Positions 28,374 through 43,172 of a DNA stretch of 64,000 bases are shown piece by piece (the stretch's first letter is position 1; every line of letters starts with the position of its first letter). The stretch lies in assembly GCF_009914755.1 (NCBI RefSeq), contig NC_060930.1, one strand, 5' to 3'. The stretch comes from the human T2T-CHM13v2.0 reference genome, Homo sapiens. Position numbers and translations under genes: made by a program. The notes below the pieces were generated by a model. It worked only from the letters and a program-made list of their open reading frames with translations. It was not told the origin of the DNA and did no database searches.

Positions 28374-29174
28374 TGAAAAAAAATTTTTGCCAAGGTCATG
28401 TGCCATGCTTTTCTATCCACTGCCCAGGAAATCAAAAGGCACTCCCTCCATGAGCTTCCCGCAGTGAGGACTCATCTGTAACCTCATAATGTTACCACCT
28501 CTAAGGCAAATCGGAAAATGTCTATTCTCCAGGTTCTCCTTGTCTTTTTACCCTTTTAGAATCAGTAAACAAATGATTGAAAGCTAAGTTTCCGAATCTT
28601 AACAGAAATAAAAGTTCTTCCAATACTGGCTATAAACATGTTCTTTTCCAATATATTGGGGCTAGTGAAAGAAAATACCCAGTGGACTAGAAATAAAAAA
28701 AAAAAAAATCCCCTTCCCAACTCCCCTGAACCACACACCGGATCCCTTGCTCCACTCTCACCTGCTTTGAGTTCAGAGGGAAGATGCCAGGAAAAAGGAG
28801 CTTAGAGATTAACCAGCATATACAGCCTCAGATAAAGTAACAGGACTGGGATGTTTTTTATTTATTTTTTATTACTATTATCCAAACTCTTCTGTATACA
28901 AAGGTACAAATTCTAGTAAAGGCTGCAACATTATTCCATTGGTGCTGATTCTACTAAAAGCACTTGGATGATAGTTATTCTGGCATTATTTTTGCATGCA
29001 ACAAGGCAATGCAATTGAATATAAGTATCGGGGGAAGTGTTTGTAGATGATTTTCTAGAGCTGGTTCAAAGGAAGGGGTGTGTTATTTGTTTTCCCTAAT
29101 ATATTGTTAATGAGAAAGAAAAGGGAACGTGTTAGCAATAAAGGGAAATTCAAGGGCTGAAAATTTATCTAAAT

Positions 29175-29290
29175 CAGTGGCTGCCAAAGTGTGGCTCTTG
29201 ATTGGTATCCTTAGCATCACTTGGGACCTTACAGAAATGCAAATTCTCCACCCCACTCCAGACCTCAGAATTTCTAAATGTTCCCAGTGC
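29175..29290. mobile_element. MER5A fragment
   Basis: cagtggctgccaaagtgtgg...agcatcacttggga...agaaatgcaaattctc. Confidence 0.7.
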
Positions 29291-30318
29291 TTGGACTAAT
29301 GTCCAATTCCATTTTCACTTTCTTTTACTCATGTAAAAATAGCTACTAGCACCTTTGGATTTTTTTTGTAGTCATCATTTTGGGGTACTTGTGTGAATGG
29401 GTCTTGTCCTCTTCATTCTAAATTATACGGTTTCACATTAATACAAAATCACCCAGTCCTGCCTTAGGCTGCTCAGTGTGAACTAGGTCAGTTCAGCAAC
29501 TCAGTGATCTGGTTTTCCCATAGCTGGTAGGAGAAAAAGGAAAATTACTAATGCAATTTCCCCCCAAGAAGCAGCTTGTTTCTCATCTTTAATTAATTGT
29601 TCCTTTCTTCCGGAAACTCTATTATGAGTTAAACCATGAGTCCCTGAGCCTCTGTGAGACAAAAGAAGCTATTTTTTCTATCCCTGGACTTCTGTGATCT
29701 CCTGGGGGAAGGGGAGGTTAGGTTTGGCAGACGGAAGCGTGAGAGGGGCTGGGTAGACAAGAGGATGGTGGGTAGCAGTGAAGTCCAGAGCAGATCGGGG
29801 GAGGGTGACCATGAGGAGCACCCTTGGGGGAAACAGAGCTGGGTGCCCCCGTAAGAGGAGGCCTGTCTGACTCTGTTCAAGACATATTTTGTCACATGAA
29901 ATCATTTTGGGCAGAAACCGATGAAGAGAAACATACAAGTGACGTCACCAAGGACAGAAAGCTCCCTGAGCTTTGCCAGAGCCGTAGTCACCCACACAGG
30001 GGCCTCTGGTGACTGTTGAGGGGACCCCAAGGGACAGCCAGGGTCTTGTCAGAACACGCTCTACCTCAGCAGCTCCCCCAACCCCATCTACCCTCCACAT
30101 ATTTCCCAAGGGATCATGACTCCCTAAGAGTCCTGACACTTAAATAGTGCTTTTCCATTTACAAAGTCCACTCACGATGTCCTTGCTTCATTTATGGCAC
30201 ATAACAAGCTTGTTGTGAGTGTGGTGGGGGGAATGTTGGCCCCTCTCCTGAAAGAAGAGAATGGAGGCTCAGAGAAACTTAAAGTCTCAGTCAAGATCAC
30301 CTGGCTGGGAGAGTGGGG

Positions 30319-30775
30319 TGTCGTACCAAACCCCTATTGACATTAGTAGGATGGCACCAGATTCAAGAGGCTGAAGAGACCCAGAGCCAGCAGAAGAGAC
30401 ATAGGGTTTTATTAGTGGGAACTTGCACACAGGGCGGTCCCGGGGCTGCGGGCTAGATAGGAGGACTGCCACTGCTTGTGAAAAGCATGCAGTTTGTATA
30501 GCGTTTTCACTTAGCACCCTCCTTAACAACCCACACCTGGCAACCTTCATTTCACTAAAAACAAAGGGCCTCCATCCTCTGTATGGCCTGAGTTCCACAG
30601 GATAGGTAGGGGCTCAGATGTTCCTCACAGATAAAAATAAAATAAGTACAGGGGCCACGCCCAGATTCCTTAGCTCAGAACTGGGAACACACAGTCAGGT
30701 GCTTCTGCCATGCAGGGTCATTCTCAGGGTGTGCTTAAGTGAATTTACTGGTGTCAGGTGCATCTGCCACGGACA
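30319..30775 (-). mobile_element. LTR47-like ERVL solo LTR, inserted next to or into a MIR
   Basis: TG...CA termini; cagggtcattctcagggtgtgcttaag and aagcatgcagtttgtatagcgttttcacttagcaccctc match my recollection of LTR47. Confidence 0.75.
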
Positions 30776-33422
30776 CGTGGTGGGGGGAGAGGGGTGTCCC
30801 AGGACCATGCCCCAGTCTCCTCTCTCAGGTGAGAGTGCTCTCCTGTGCACAGCCTGCCTCCCTGGGAAGCAGCACTTAAAAGGACCCAGAGTGACTCAGA
30901 GACTGCAGAGGCTTAATGCCCGCAAAACAGGAGCAGGTGTGCTAGATTTCTTTACTCTGAGGTACCCTCGGCCCCTTCCAGCATCTATTAACACCATTGG
31001 CTACAAGGTACCCACGCTTGCCAGCCACCCTGGCTGGATGCATGTGGCTATGTGTGTGTGTGCATGAGCCAGGAGCACCACCATGCACGCACCCTTATTT
31101 CTGGCCTGCTGGCCTCAGGAAAATCCTTTCTCCCAGCCTTGGGCTATGATGACCAGCCTGCATGACAACTTCATCTTCTTTACCTTCCCAGGCTGTCCAC
31201 AGTTCTGGATTCTGGTAAACCCTTCACTATGTTATTTGGTAATCTCAGAGGTAGGTGGTGTTTCACTCAGTAACTAGTTATTGGAGAAACTGTTTCACAC
31301 GATTCTAGCATTCCATAATTCCACAGCCTCTTTATATGCAGAGAGAGAGAGATTGTCATATGACTTAGGTACCTGTGGAAAATTCTGTGTACTGTTCCCC
31401 CTTCACAAAGAACATTAGCTTGTTAAAGGCTCTGAGAATTCCTACAGTCAAGAAACCTATTGAACTTTATTTGCCCAGCTTCCCCCAAATGCATTTGATT
31501 ACAAACTGCTTTTTCATGGGAGACCTATATACTCACAGGACATTTTGGGGATGGGATCCTACATCCTGCCCTTCTCTCCCTCCGTTGAGTTTGAAGCATG
31601 TTCACATGTGCAGCCTTCAGAGGACTGCTGCTCTGATTCTTGGTTATCCCTGGCCCAGCATCCTAGGTGTAGGAGCTACCCTGTCCCTGAAGCCTGGTTA
31701 CTTCTCATGAGTTCCTCTCAATTGCAAAAAGGACAGCATAGCTCCCACCTTCTGTTCTGAAGCCCAAAGCCCACTCAGACTGCCCACCAGGCCCCCACTT
31801 TCCTGTCTGATGGGTGGTTTTGTTTTCTTAATTATAGGACAGAGAAGACTGTGGTGTTCTGCACTTGGGGAATGGTCGTGGGGCAGGACTTCAGCCCCAC
31901 CTGTTACTCCCGGCTTCCCCGGTGAAGGACAAGTCAGGCTTCCCCTGCAAGCAGTTTCCCACTTGTTAGAGGTTCACAATAACAGAAACCCAGCCAGGTT
32001 CCAGGGACATTAACGTGGAGACTTATAGGAAATGACTGAAATGCAGACCTGGGCTTGGGAGGGAAGTCAGGGTCAGAGCTGGAGAGCTGAACTCAGGAGG
32101 GAGGATGGGAGGGAAGGCAGAGCTCCTTGAAGGTCGAAGGGAGAAGTAGAACATGAGAGCCTTGAATTATGAGGACCAAACTCTGAAGACAATCTGAGAG
32201 TTCATTTGGCATCCTCCACCTGAAAAAAACCCTCATGCTATTCTCATTAGACTTATTGAGTACAACTTGGAAAGAGCTGGCATGGGCACTATAAATACCG
32301 AGAGATTTCACAGGAAAAACAAAAAAAACCAAGGAGGCAAATACCAAAGTTACCATTTTTAAATTTTATAAAAGGTACAAAGAAAAAAAGTAATGAAACA
32401 AATGAAACTCCTCAAAGAGTAACATTTTGTACAATGTGTTTCTGTATAATACCTTTGGGAAGCAGAGAAAAGGAGAACAGATGTGAGATCACTTCTATAC
32501 AATAATTGCAATAAAAAATTTGGATATCTTTTATAAATGACAACTCATCATTAAGCTGAGGATGACTTTCAGTTCACCATCCACAGCTACCATCTAAAGT
32601 CTGCAAACTATCTCCAACCACACAATACTCACTTCCAAGCACTGTGGGTTTTGGAGCTCTCCATCTCCAAGGAAATAATTCTGATTCCAGTAGAGATGTC
32701 CTATAGGAGCAGGTCAAGCATATGAGAGAGAGCAAATGCAATTAGTTGTCAAAAATAATTAGACTATAACAAGAAAGCTAGAGATCAAAACCATTTTCAC
32801 TATCAGGTCAAAATGTTTTGAAAGATGGAGCAGAGGAAATGAGAGGAGAAATCACAATCTTAGTGATGTTAAACAATGATCTACTGTGTAAAAAAGATGT
32901 TCTTTCTCTGCACTGAACAAGCTGCCCCTAAACTCCCCCTTCCAGGCTTGGCAAAAGATGATTTGTGAGGCAGTAGCACCAAGCCTAATGCGCTCATTGT
33001 CACAAAAAACCTGAGATTGCATTCTATTTCTCCTAAATTAGTCACCTCATGAGATTGGTTCCAGGTAAAAATCAAGTGTCTCTTGCTATCTTTGGCTCTT
33101 CTTACAGGAGAGTCTGTCTCCAGCAGTTTCTAAAATTTAGCACTTGCATTGTAACATCAACAAAGATAACAGAAGGTCAGGCTGGGTATGTGCACAGTAT
33201 GCCCCAGTGGGAGCCCGCGTGTGTGTCTGTGGCCCACAGAGATTACCGCTCTTGGAGCCAGGCCTTGGTTTGATGGTCTTTCTTGGTGAGGTTTTCTCTT
33301 ATCCAGAGGACACGTGAAGACAAAAATCCAAACAAAGTGTTAGCAATGAAAGGCTCAGCACCTTCCCTGTTTTTCTGTGGTCATCTTGTTTTAAAATGTA
33401 CCCAGGACTTGTTTAAATCAGA

Positions 33423-33680
33423 TGTGGTAAAACACAGAGACATGGAAATGACTGTTATGGAGGCAGAAGTTTCTACTCACAGAGCCCTAGAAACAGGAAG
33501 CCTGCCCACCATGCAGAGAGCCACACAGGAAAGCACCAGCATTGGGCAGGAAGCAGAAGCAGCGAGAGGAAAGCTCAGGCAAAAAGCTCTATTGTGGCTA
33601 TCGCAAGAGGGAATGAGGCAAGGTAAGTATCCCGTGAGTGGCTAGTGTGAATAATTTCAGCAGGCTCCAAGCAGCACTAT
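33423..33680 (-). mobile_element. ERVL LTR fragment (MER54/MER74-like; subfamily uncertain)
   Basis: gacatggaaatgactgttatgg...actcacagagccctagaaacagg...ggctagtgtgaataatttcagc. Confidence 0.55.
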
Positions 33681-33875
33681 CCCCTCATCTCACCTGTGCA
33701 GGAAGCCTTCCCACAGCACCACCTTATCACATTGCTTAAGCACCATGGTTAGGAACCGGAGTTAAAAAGACACCTGCATGTCAGAATCACCCCGGCTTAC
33801 CCATTAAAAATATAGTTCCTTGGTTTCATCCAGACCCACAGAATCAAGTTTTTCCAAGGTGGAGCTGAGACGTTA

Positions 33876-34045
33876 TGTGATGGTTAATTTTGTGTGTCCA
33901 CTGGGCCACAAGGTGCCCAGATATTTGGTTAAACGTGATTCTGGGTGTGTCTGTGAGGGTGTTTCTGGATGCAATTAACACTGGAATTGGTAAACTGGGT
34001 AAAGCAGATTGACCTCCCCAGTGTGGGTGGGCCTCATCCAATCTG
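33876..34045 (+). mobile_element. MLT2 (ERVL) LTR 5' fragment
   Basis: tgtgatggttaattttgtgtgtcca...ctgggtgtgtctgtgagggtgtttctggatg. Confidence 0.8.
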
Positions 34046-34179
34046 TCAATACGCTCTGTAATCTTATCAAGTGCTTGGAATCTGCGGACACAAATCCAGG
34101 TGTGCATTCTCCATTTCTCTGTCCGTTCCCACCCATGAAGACTTCTCTGCTTCAGCCCACACATAGTTCTTTCTCTTAA

Positions 34180-35270
34180 ATGCTTGGTGTACTAGTGATC
34201 AGAACTACACATTTTGCAATCTCCTGATCACTACAGCTTTATATGAAGTCATAAAATCAGGTATTGTAAATCCTATGACTGTGTTCTTTTCAATCAAAAT
34301 TTTAATCAAAATTGTTTTGGGTATTCTGGGTACAGATCTATTCTAGATCCTTTGCATTTCCCTACAAATTTTAGAATTAGCTGTCAATTTCTGCAGAACT
34401 CCCTCAGGGATTTTGATTGGAAATGTGTTGAGTGTATAGATCAATTTGTGGAGAAGTGGCATTGTGATAACATTGAGTCTTTCCGTCTCTAAGCATAGTA
34501 TAGGTCTCTGTTTATTTAGGTCTTCATTAATCTCTGTAAGCTATGTTTTACATTTTTTCATTGTGCAAGTCTTACACATATTTTGCTAAATTTACCCCTA
34601 CATATTTAATATTTTCATGACATTATAAATGATATTGTTAAATTTCTAATTACTCACTGATTGTATAGAAAAATGATGATTTTTGTATGCTGGCCTTACA
34701 CCCTGCATCCTTGCCAAACTCATGTGTTAGGTCTAACAGTTTTTTGTAAATTTCTTAGGATTTCTTTAGACAACCATGTCATCCACAAATAAATCGTTTT
34801 ATTTCTTCCTTTCTGATCTGTATGCCTTTTGTATCTTTTCTAATCTTATTAGATGGGCTAGGAACGATAGTATAATATTAAATAGATATAGTGAGAGTAG
34901 ACATCCTTACTTTGTTCCCAATCTTGAGGGCATTATGGTCAGCCTTTCCCCATTTAGTTTAATGTTAACTATAGGTATCTTTGTCAGTGCCCTTTACCTA
35001 GGTGAGATTATTTCCTTCTATTCCTTGTTTTTTGTTTGGTTTTTATGAATCAGTGTTGAACATTATCTAATGCTTTTTATGCATCTGTTGAGATGATTAT
35101 ACTTTTTTAATTTTTTGTCTGTTTAATGTGATGGCTTACACTGACTGATTTTTGTATGTTATACAAATATTGCATTTCCGGGATAAACCCCACTGGGTCA
35201 TGGTGGTCCATTTTGTACATTGCTGGATTCAATTTGGTAATATTTTTAAAGGATTTTTGCACCTTTTTTC
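34180..35270 (-). mobile_element. Old L1M ORF2-region fragment
   Basis: Antisense L1 motifs (tttgcatttccctacaaattttagaattagc; gcatctgttgagatgatt; tgctggattcaatttggtaata). Confidence 0.8.
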
Positions 35271-35444
35271 AAAAAAATGGTTCTTGAATACTTTTCTAAT
35301 ATTTGCATTATGATATTTTGATTCTTACAAAAATCTTTTGAAGATAATATGTCAGTGCATCCTAGGCCTCTGATATCCCTGTCAGTCAGGCACTTATGCT
35401 GACTGACTGACTTATCTATTTTTGGCTATTACTTGTTTTGTTGA

Positions 35445-35732
<288 letters not shown>

Positions 35733-36959
35733 ACTTGTTGTTCTAATAAATCTCTTACCGCTTTGGAGCTGAAGAAATGAACTCTCACCCAAATTAAGCA
35801 ACTTGCCCACAGTTTCAGCATCAGTTAATGATAGAGCTCAGAGTCTCACAGTCCCTGCACTGCCAGTGGTGAAGGTTGCCAAGAGGCATGGCAAAGGCAT
35901 GACAGACTCTTCTGCAGTAGTGAGGGTGGGCCGCACGTGGTGTGGTCCTGGCCAAGGCGAAGTGTGTGCTATTAGCGTCCTGCCCATCCTCTGCTCCCTA
36001 TCGCTTTCTGATAGATGATGATAGAAGGATTTCTGCTGTAAAAGATACTCATAATTTTACCTTGAATAGTCTTCCTGGGAAGTGTTCAAAGAGCTGTTGA
36101 TGCTTCAAGACTCGTTCTCTCCCTGGAAAGAGAAAACAAAGAGGCCCAATACCTCCCGTTCTTTTAGGGGAGAAGTAGTACTTTCATTTACATTGTGGCC
36201 CCAAGAGATACCAAAATGGGTGCTCAATAAATGTTGCTGACCAAATGACTTTTTCCAGAAAAATGTAAGTGCTTGTACCTAGAATGCAAGATTAGCTGCT
36301 TTCAAGAAATGAGCCTGGTAACTACAAAATGCAGTGTGCTTGTTGTGGGTTCTGAATTTATTGTAATGTGCCTTTCCTCTTCATCCCCTCTGCCTCCTGC
36401 CCTTTCTCTCTTCACACTGGCCTGGAAACCTGCTCTTCCCATAAAATGAGATAGTGGGGAAGGAACATATTTTGTGTTAATATCCATGCCAGCATGAAAG
36501 GAAAGGGTGTCCTGGTTGAGTGAGGCCTGAGTCACGCAGGGTGGGCTCTGTCCCCACCATGGGCCTGCAAGTGTGGAAGTTAAAGATGTTACCATGTTAG
36601 GGTGCCATTTCCAAAGGAATCTTATGATGTAGCCTCAGCAGGAATGGCTCCACTCATGATGGCAACAAAACACAGAACATATTTAGCAATAAGCCTCAGG
36701 TTACATGCATGAGATCTTAAAGAAATCTAAAAAACATTAGCAAGAGACATAAATGAAGAAGGGCACTATATAAGCCCTGAATATGGAAAAGAGACATAAA
36801 CGAAGAAGGGCACTCTATAAGACTGAGAGAACTGTTGATAAAATGCCAATTGTTCTTCTCATTACTTTATAGATTGGGAACAATCCCATTCAAAGTAAAG
36901 AAGGACTTGGCATCTGCCAAAAATCTTATTTTTGACTCCCTACAAAAATAGATTGATCA

Positions 36960-37160
36960 GGCTTTGGCTTCAGCTGTCTGACCCTTAACAAATTACTTGA
37001 CCTCTCTAAGCATCACTTCCTCATCTGTACAGTGAGGACAGCAATAATCCCTACCTTATAGAATAGTGGCAAAGATTAAATGGCAGAGTGCAAATGAAGA
37101 GCCTGGCACAGTGCCTAACACAAGGTCAGCACTCATTACATATTAGCTGTTATGATTATT
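36960..37160 (+). mobile_element. MIR within fragmented L1ME sequence
   Basis: aaattacttgacctctctaagcatcacttcctcatctgtac...cctggcacagtgcctaacaca. Confidence 0.8.
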
Positions 37161-37779
37161 AACTAATTTTAAACAAAAAATATTCCTTTAAAGAACATCA
37201 GAGAAAACTAGCTCGACCAGATATTTAAGTATGATTTAAAACAATGAGTAAAAGCAACAGGCTACTGACAAAAGAAAATGGACATGTGAATAAATAAAGA
37301 GAATAGGAAGTATAGGAGACTTACTCTTATTGTGAAAACTTAATTATGTGATAAAGGAACCATCACAAAATAATGAAGAAAAGAAGGATTATTTAAATGT
37401 TCTCAGGAATGATAATTAGGCTATTTTGAAAGAAATAATCTAACCCTTCATATCATATACTGAAAATAAATTCCATATGTGTATTAAACAGTTAAACATT
37501 TTTTATAAAACAAAAATCAGCAGAAAACAAAACTAAGTTATTATCAAATCTCTGGGTTAACTTAAAGCTATTAAGTGATCAAAGAAAGTACAAAAGTAAA
37601 GATCAACAGAACCAACTACATAAAAGTGTAATAGTTTGATGGGATAACTAAGAAAATAGAAAAAAATATTTTTATTAAAAATGTAATGAATATTTACATA
37701 ATATGAAGAAATTATGATTTATGAAGAAATTGTTGAGATTCATTATTGAGAAATGATACAATCCACACAGAAAAGATAT

Positions 37780-38240
37780 TGTAGCAGGACGAGCCACAGA
37801 CAAAACTCCTCAGACACCGAGGTAAAGAAGGAAGGGGTTTACTCAGCCGGGAGCATGGGCAAGACTCCTGTCTCAAGAGCTGAGCTCCCCAAGTGAGCAA
37901 TTCCTGTCCCTTTTAAGGTCTCACAACTCTAAGGGGGGTCCACGTGAGAGGGTCATGATCAATTGAGCAAGCAGGGGGTATGTAACTGGGCTGCATGCAC
38001 CGGTAATCAGAATGAAACAGAACAAGACAGGGATTTTTACAATGCTTTTCCATACAATGTCTGGAATCTATAGATAACATAACCGGTTAAGTCAGGGGTT
38101 GATCTTTAACTACCAGGCCCAGGGCATGGCACCGGGCTGTCTGCCTGTGGATTTCATTCCTGCCTTTTACTTTTTACTTCTTCTTTCTTTGGAGGTAGAA
38201 ATTGGGCATAAGACAATATGATGGGTGATCTCCTCCCTTA
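37780..38240 (-). mobile_element. LTR2-family (HERV-E) solo LTR
   Basis: tgtagcaggacgagccacagacaaaactcctcagacaccg...gatctcctccctta; exact 4-bp TSD ATAT. Confidence 0.88.
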
Positions 38241-38329
38241 ATATAAGTAGCAAAATACATATGAAAAAATGTTCTGCATCCCACTCCACACAACCAAAAA
38301 TTCATACGAGGGAGGAACCAAATTGTATG

Positions 38330-38730
38330 TATTACCATGAACTATTACACAGCCATAAAAAGAACAAAATAATGTCCTTTGCAACAACATGGTTGCAGCT
38401 GGAGGCCATTATCCTAGGTGAACTAATGCAGAAACAGAAAACCAAATACCACATGTTCTCACTTATAAGTGGGAAGTAAACATGGGGTACTCATGGACAT
38501 AAAGATGGCAACAATAAACACTGGGGACTATCAGAGGGGGCAGGGGGAAGGGGCAAGTTTTGAAAAACTAACTATTGGGTACTATGCTTAGTACCTGGGC
38601 GACGGGATCATTCATACCCCAAACCTCAGCATCATACAATATACCCAAGTAACAAACCTTCACATGTATCCCCTGAATCTAAAATAAAAGTTGGAAGAAA
38701 AATAAAAATAAAAGGAAGAAAGGTTAAAAA
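38330..38730 (+). mobile_element. L1PB4/L1PA16-like 3' end
   Basis: cagccataaaaagaacaaaataatgtcc...cccctgaatctaaaataaaagttg, then an A-rich tail. Confidence 0.85.
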
Positions 38731-40189
38731 GAAAACCCAGATGCATTATGTTAAAAAATTAAATAATAGATTAGCCAAATATAGAAAATCTTATGAAACC
38801 CAATGTTGATGAGACTGGTAAAACTTGTGTATTCATATATTGCTAGGTGTTATTGCAATTTGAAGCAGAATTTTGACAATTCGTCAATACATATTAAAAG
38901 CCATTAAAATCTTCAAGCCTTTCAACTCTGAAATGCCATCTGAGTAATATATTCCAAAAGAAAAGAATGCTTTACCAAAGCACGATCTATACTTGTGAAG
39001 CAACTGGATAAATGTAAGTGTATAAGGAAATAATTAACTAACTTATATATGTAATTAATATTGTCATTTACAAAGACAATTATGAATATGCTTGCATAAC
39101 ATTAAATTTTTGTATGATATATCATTTGGTACAAAAGCAGAATTACAAAATAAGAATGATATATTGTATAGGAATAATTGGGGTAAATTTTTTTCTATTT
39201 TATATTATGGCTATTAATGTTATCTTGCCAAAACAATTGAAAAATTAAAAGTTTCATAGCTAATAAATGTATCTTTTAACATTAGGCATTATAGGTATCT
39301 CAAAAATATGAAAATATCCGCTCATTTATTTTTTATCTTTTAGTTAAATTACAAAATGGAAGAGATTTCCCCCTAGAATTAACATCTATTTTACCATGAT
39401 GTTAAACTAGTAAATCTTCTCAAGAATGAAGACTGAAGTGAATGCCAGTCTTCCCCTCAGGCCAACTGGAATACCCTCTCTTCCTCAGATCTGGGGAACC
39501 TTTACTAAAATGAGTACTGACCTTTTCACTTCCCTGAGATATCTATCATGCCTAATGCCAGAAGAGCCTTGTATTTAGTAGCTATAAAACTTGTAATTTT
39601 TCCTCTGTATGGACAAGATAACATTATTATTCTGGCCCTTAATGCCCTGGAAGAATCCACTGTTCAGCTCTGGGTTCCCACAATCCTTGCAACATCCCAG
39701 AGGTTGTCTCTGATCAGTTACACTGGACCCAGAGAAGTCCGTTCCTCTCTGGAATCCACTTCAACAAAGGGATACTCCGGAGGCTCAAGAATATTGAGAA
39801 TGTGGACTGGATTCAAAATCTACTGGCAAGTTTGTGATTTTCATCTTGGTCAGGAGCTGAAACATCCAACGTTCTGAAGTCATGATATTTCTAATTTACG
39901 CATGAGCAAGGATAGAATTTTTGCAAAGTCAAAAACAATAATGGTAGTAAGAAGCATTCAGATTTCCTGACAAATCTCATGTAAGTCCATATCAACAAGT
40001 CTTCTTTCTGCCCAACAAATCTCAGAAAAATGATGTGCTAAATATACCATGTGTAGAAACAGGCTTGTTTTTATCTATGGCCACTGTGATTGAACTGTGA
40101 TTATGTTTCCTTTTTTGCTTCAGTTGCTAGGAGGCTCAGTCAATTTTGCAGCCCACTTCTACTCTTGTATAGGACTTAATGTTAGGTAG

Positions 40190-40560
40190 CTCTCAGTCCC
40201 ATTTTGTGCTGCTATAACAGAATACCACAGACTGGGTAATTTATAAATAACAGAAATGTATTTCTCACAGTTATGAAGACTGGGGAGTCCAAGATCAAGG
40301 TGTTGGCATCTGGTGTGGGCCTTCTTGCTGCATCCTCACATGGCAGAAGGGCAAGAAAGGAATGAACGTTGTGTCCTCACAGAGGAACAGAAGAGAAAGA
40401 ACCCATTCCCACAAGCCGTTTTTATAACAGCATTAATCCATAGATGAAGGCAGAGCTCTCATGACCAACTACCTTCCAAAAGGCCCCACCTCCAACACTG
40501 CTGTGCTGGAAGTCAAGTTGCCAACACACAAATTTTGGGGGACACATTCAGACCATAGCA
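40190..40560 (-). mobile_element. MaLR LTR (MST/MLT1A-like)
   Basis: tcagtcccattttgtgctgctataacagaataccacagactgggtaatttat...cattcagaccatagca. Confidence 0.85.
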
Positions 40561-40960
40561 GTAGTTATCTTAGTGTTTTTGCCTCACTCTTAGCTTTATC
40601 TCTTTTCATTATTTTCCCTTTGTTTCCATTTCCTCAACTGTTTATCTTCTATCCTCTTACAGATAATTTTATAAGCTGATTCCAACCCATTTTTGAAAGA
40701 AAGCACACAGATTAATCAGATGTTGGATTATGCTTGTTGCCAGAGTGCCTCTGATTGCATTTCTTTTGACATTAGACAACCCGAAGAGGTGCACCTGGAG
40801 ACAGGTGCCTGGGCCACCCTGGCTGTGTTTGGCATGCTCCCTGATATGCCCTGCTCTAAGAAACCTAACTGTGGGATCAAAGCCATCGCTGATTTGAGCC
40901 CTAATAATTTCACCCCCACAAAAATTAATTAATTTGATCTCTTTAAAAAAGTAGGATATT

Positions 40961-41255
<295 letters not shown>

Positions 41256-42099
41256 GGTAGGATATTAACATTTTTTAAATGCCAACTTTATGCACTGGTT
41301 TTGGATTTAGACCTATAAATTTTAACAAAGGTATACACCTGTGGATCAATCACCCCCATTCAGGATATAGCAATTTTCAGCATCACTCCAAAAGTTCCCT
41401 TAAGTTCCTTTCCAGTCAATCCTTTGCCCCCATACCCTACCCCATCACCACTTATCTGATCTCTGTCACCATAAATTAGCTTTTTAGAGTTTCATACAAA
41501 TAAAAGCATATATATTGTCTACATTAGAAGTTGGATTATTGGTACTGTTGAGTAGTAGTCCACTGTATGGATGCTCTACATTTTGTTTAAATATTCATCT
41601 GTTAATGGACATTTGTGCTGTTTCCAATCTGGGGCATGTATGAATAAAGCTACTATAAACATTTGCATGAAAATCTTTCTTGCAGGCCTATATTTTCATT
41701 TATTTTGGCCAAATATACAGGACTGAAATTGCTGGGTCATATGGTAAGCATATGTTTAATTTCATTAAGAAACTGCCAGACTTTTCCATAATGATAATAC
41801 CATTTTACACATCCTTCAGCAACGTATGAGTTCCAGTAATTTCAAATCCTTGCTAATGCTTTATATTGTCAGCTTATTTTTCAATGTTAGCCATTCTAGA
41901 CAGAGTATCATAGCATTTCATTATATATTTAATTTGTATTTCCCTGATGACTAATAACTTTGAGCATCTTTTCATGTGCTTACTGACCTTTTGTATATCT
42001 TCCTTTGTGAAATGCTTGTTCAAAGCTTTGCCCATTTTTTCAGTGAGTTTTCATCATCTTCTTGAGTCTTCTGAATGTAAGCCTTTTATTATTTTAGAT

Positions 42100-42360
42100 A
42101 GATTTAGATTCACAAAATATTCACAAATATATTTGATAAATACATATATTTAAATATTTGTGAATACAAATAATTTCATTTATATATGAAATATAAATAT
42201 ATTTAATATTTATATATTTATATTTATATATTTTTATTTATAAATATATATTTTATATATTTTATATTGATATGTAAAATATATTTATATATTTATAATT
42301 TTATATTAATATATGAAATAAATATACATTTATATATAATTTATATTATAAATAAAGAAT
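42100..42360. repeat. AT-rich low-complexity (TA/TAA/TTA) expansion inside L1
   Basis: Nearly pure A/T tract. Confidence 0.9.
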
Positions 42361-43172
42361 ATTTTCTCCCAGTTTGTGGCTTGCCTTTTCATTTTTTAAA
42401 ATAATTTATTCTGAAGAGTAGAAGCCTTTAGTTTTGAATAAGCCCAATACTTCAATTTTTTGTTAGTGGTGTAGCTTTTTTGTCCTAAGAATTCTTCATC
42501 TACCCCAAGGTCACAAAGATTTTCTTCTTTTATGTTTTCCTCAGAAGTTTCACAATGTTAGTTTTTATGTTTAGGTCTGTGATCCATTTTGAATTTTTGC
42601 ATATGGTACAACATAAGATTCTAGGTTCATTTCTTTCCAAATGGATATCAACATCATCTGCTAAAAAGACTGTCCTTTCCCCATCTAATTAGTTTTTATT
42701 GAAAATCAAATGAATGCACATGTGCGGATCTATTTCTGGCTATTTATTCTGTTTTCCTGATGGTTATGGCTATCATTATGCCAATACTAACCTGTCTTGA
42801 TTAATGTCTTGTTAGGCAGGTAGTATAAAATCTCCCAATTTGTTCTTTTTCAAAATAATTTCAGCTATTCAAGGTAATTTTGCATTTTCCTATGAATTTT
42901 AGAATCAACTTGTGAATTTCTATTTTTTTAAATACCTGTAAGAATTTTGATTTGAATTGTATTGACTCTGCTGATCAATTTTGGGAGAATTGATGTCTTA
43001 ACAATATTGACATTTCTAATCCATTTGTGTAAATGTCCTTTAATTTCTCTCAACATTGTTTTGTTCTTTTCTATATAGAGGGTTTATAGGCTTTGTTAAA
43101 TGTATACCTAATTATTTCATCTCTTTGGATACTATTATAAATAAATGGTGTTATTTTAAAAATGTCATACTA

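Noticed and set aside
28755-28800. Minus-strand CAG|gtgaga site as an exon boundary
   Set aside because: Ambiguous (reads as both acceptor and donor) and has no convincing partner site.
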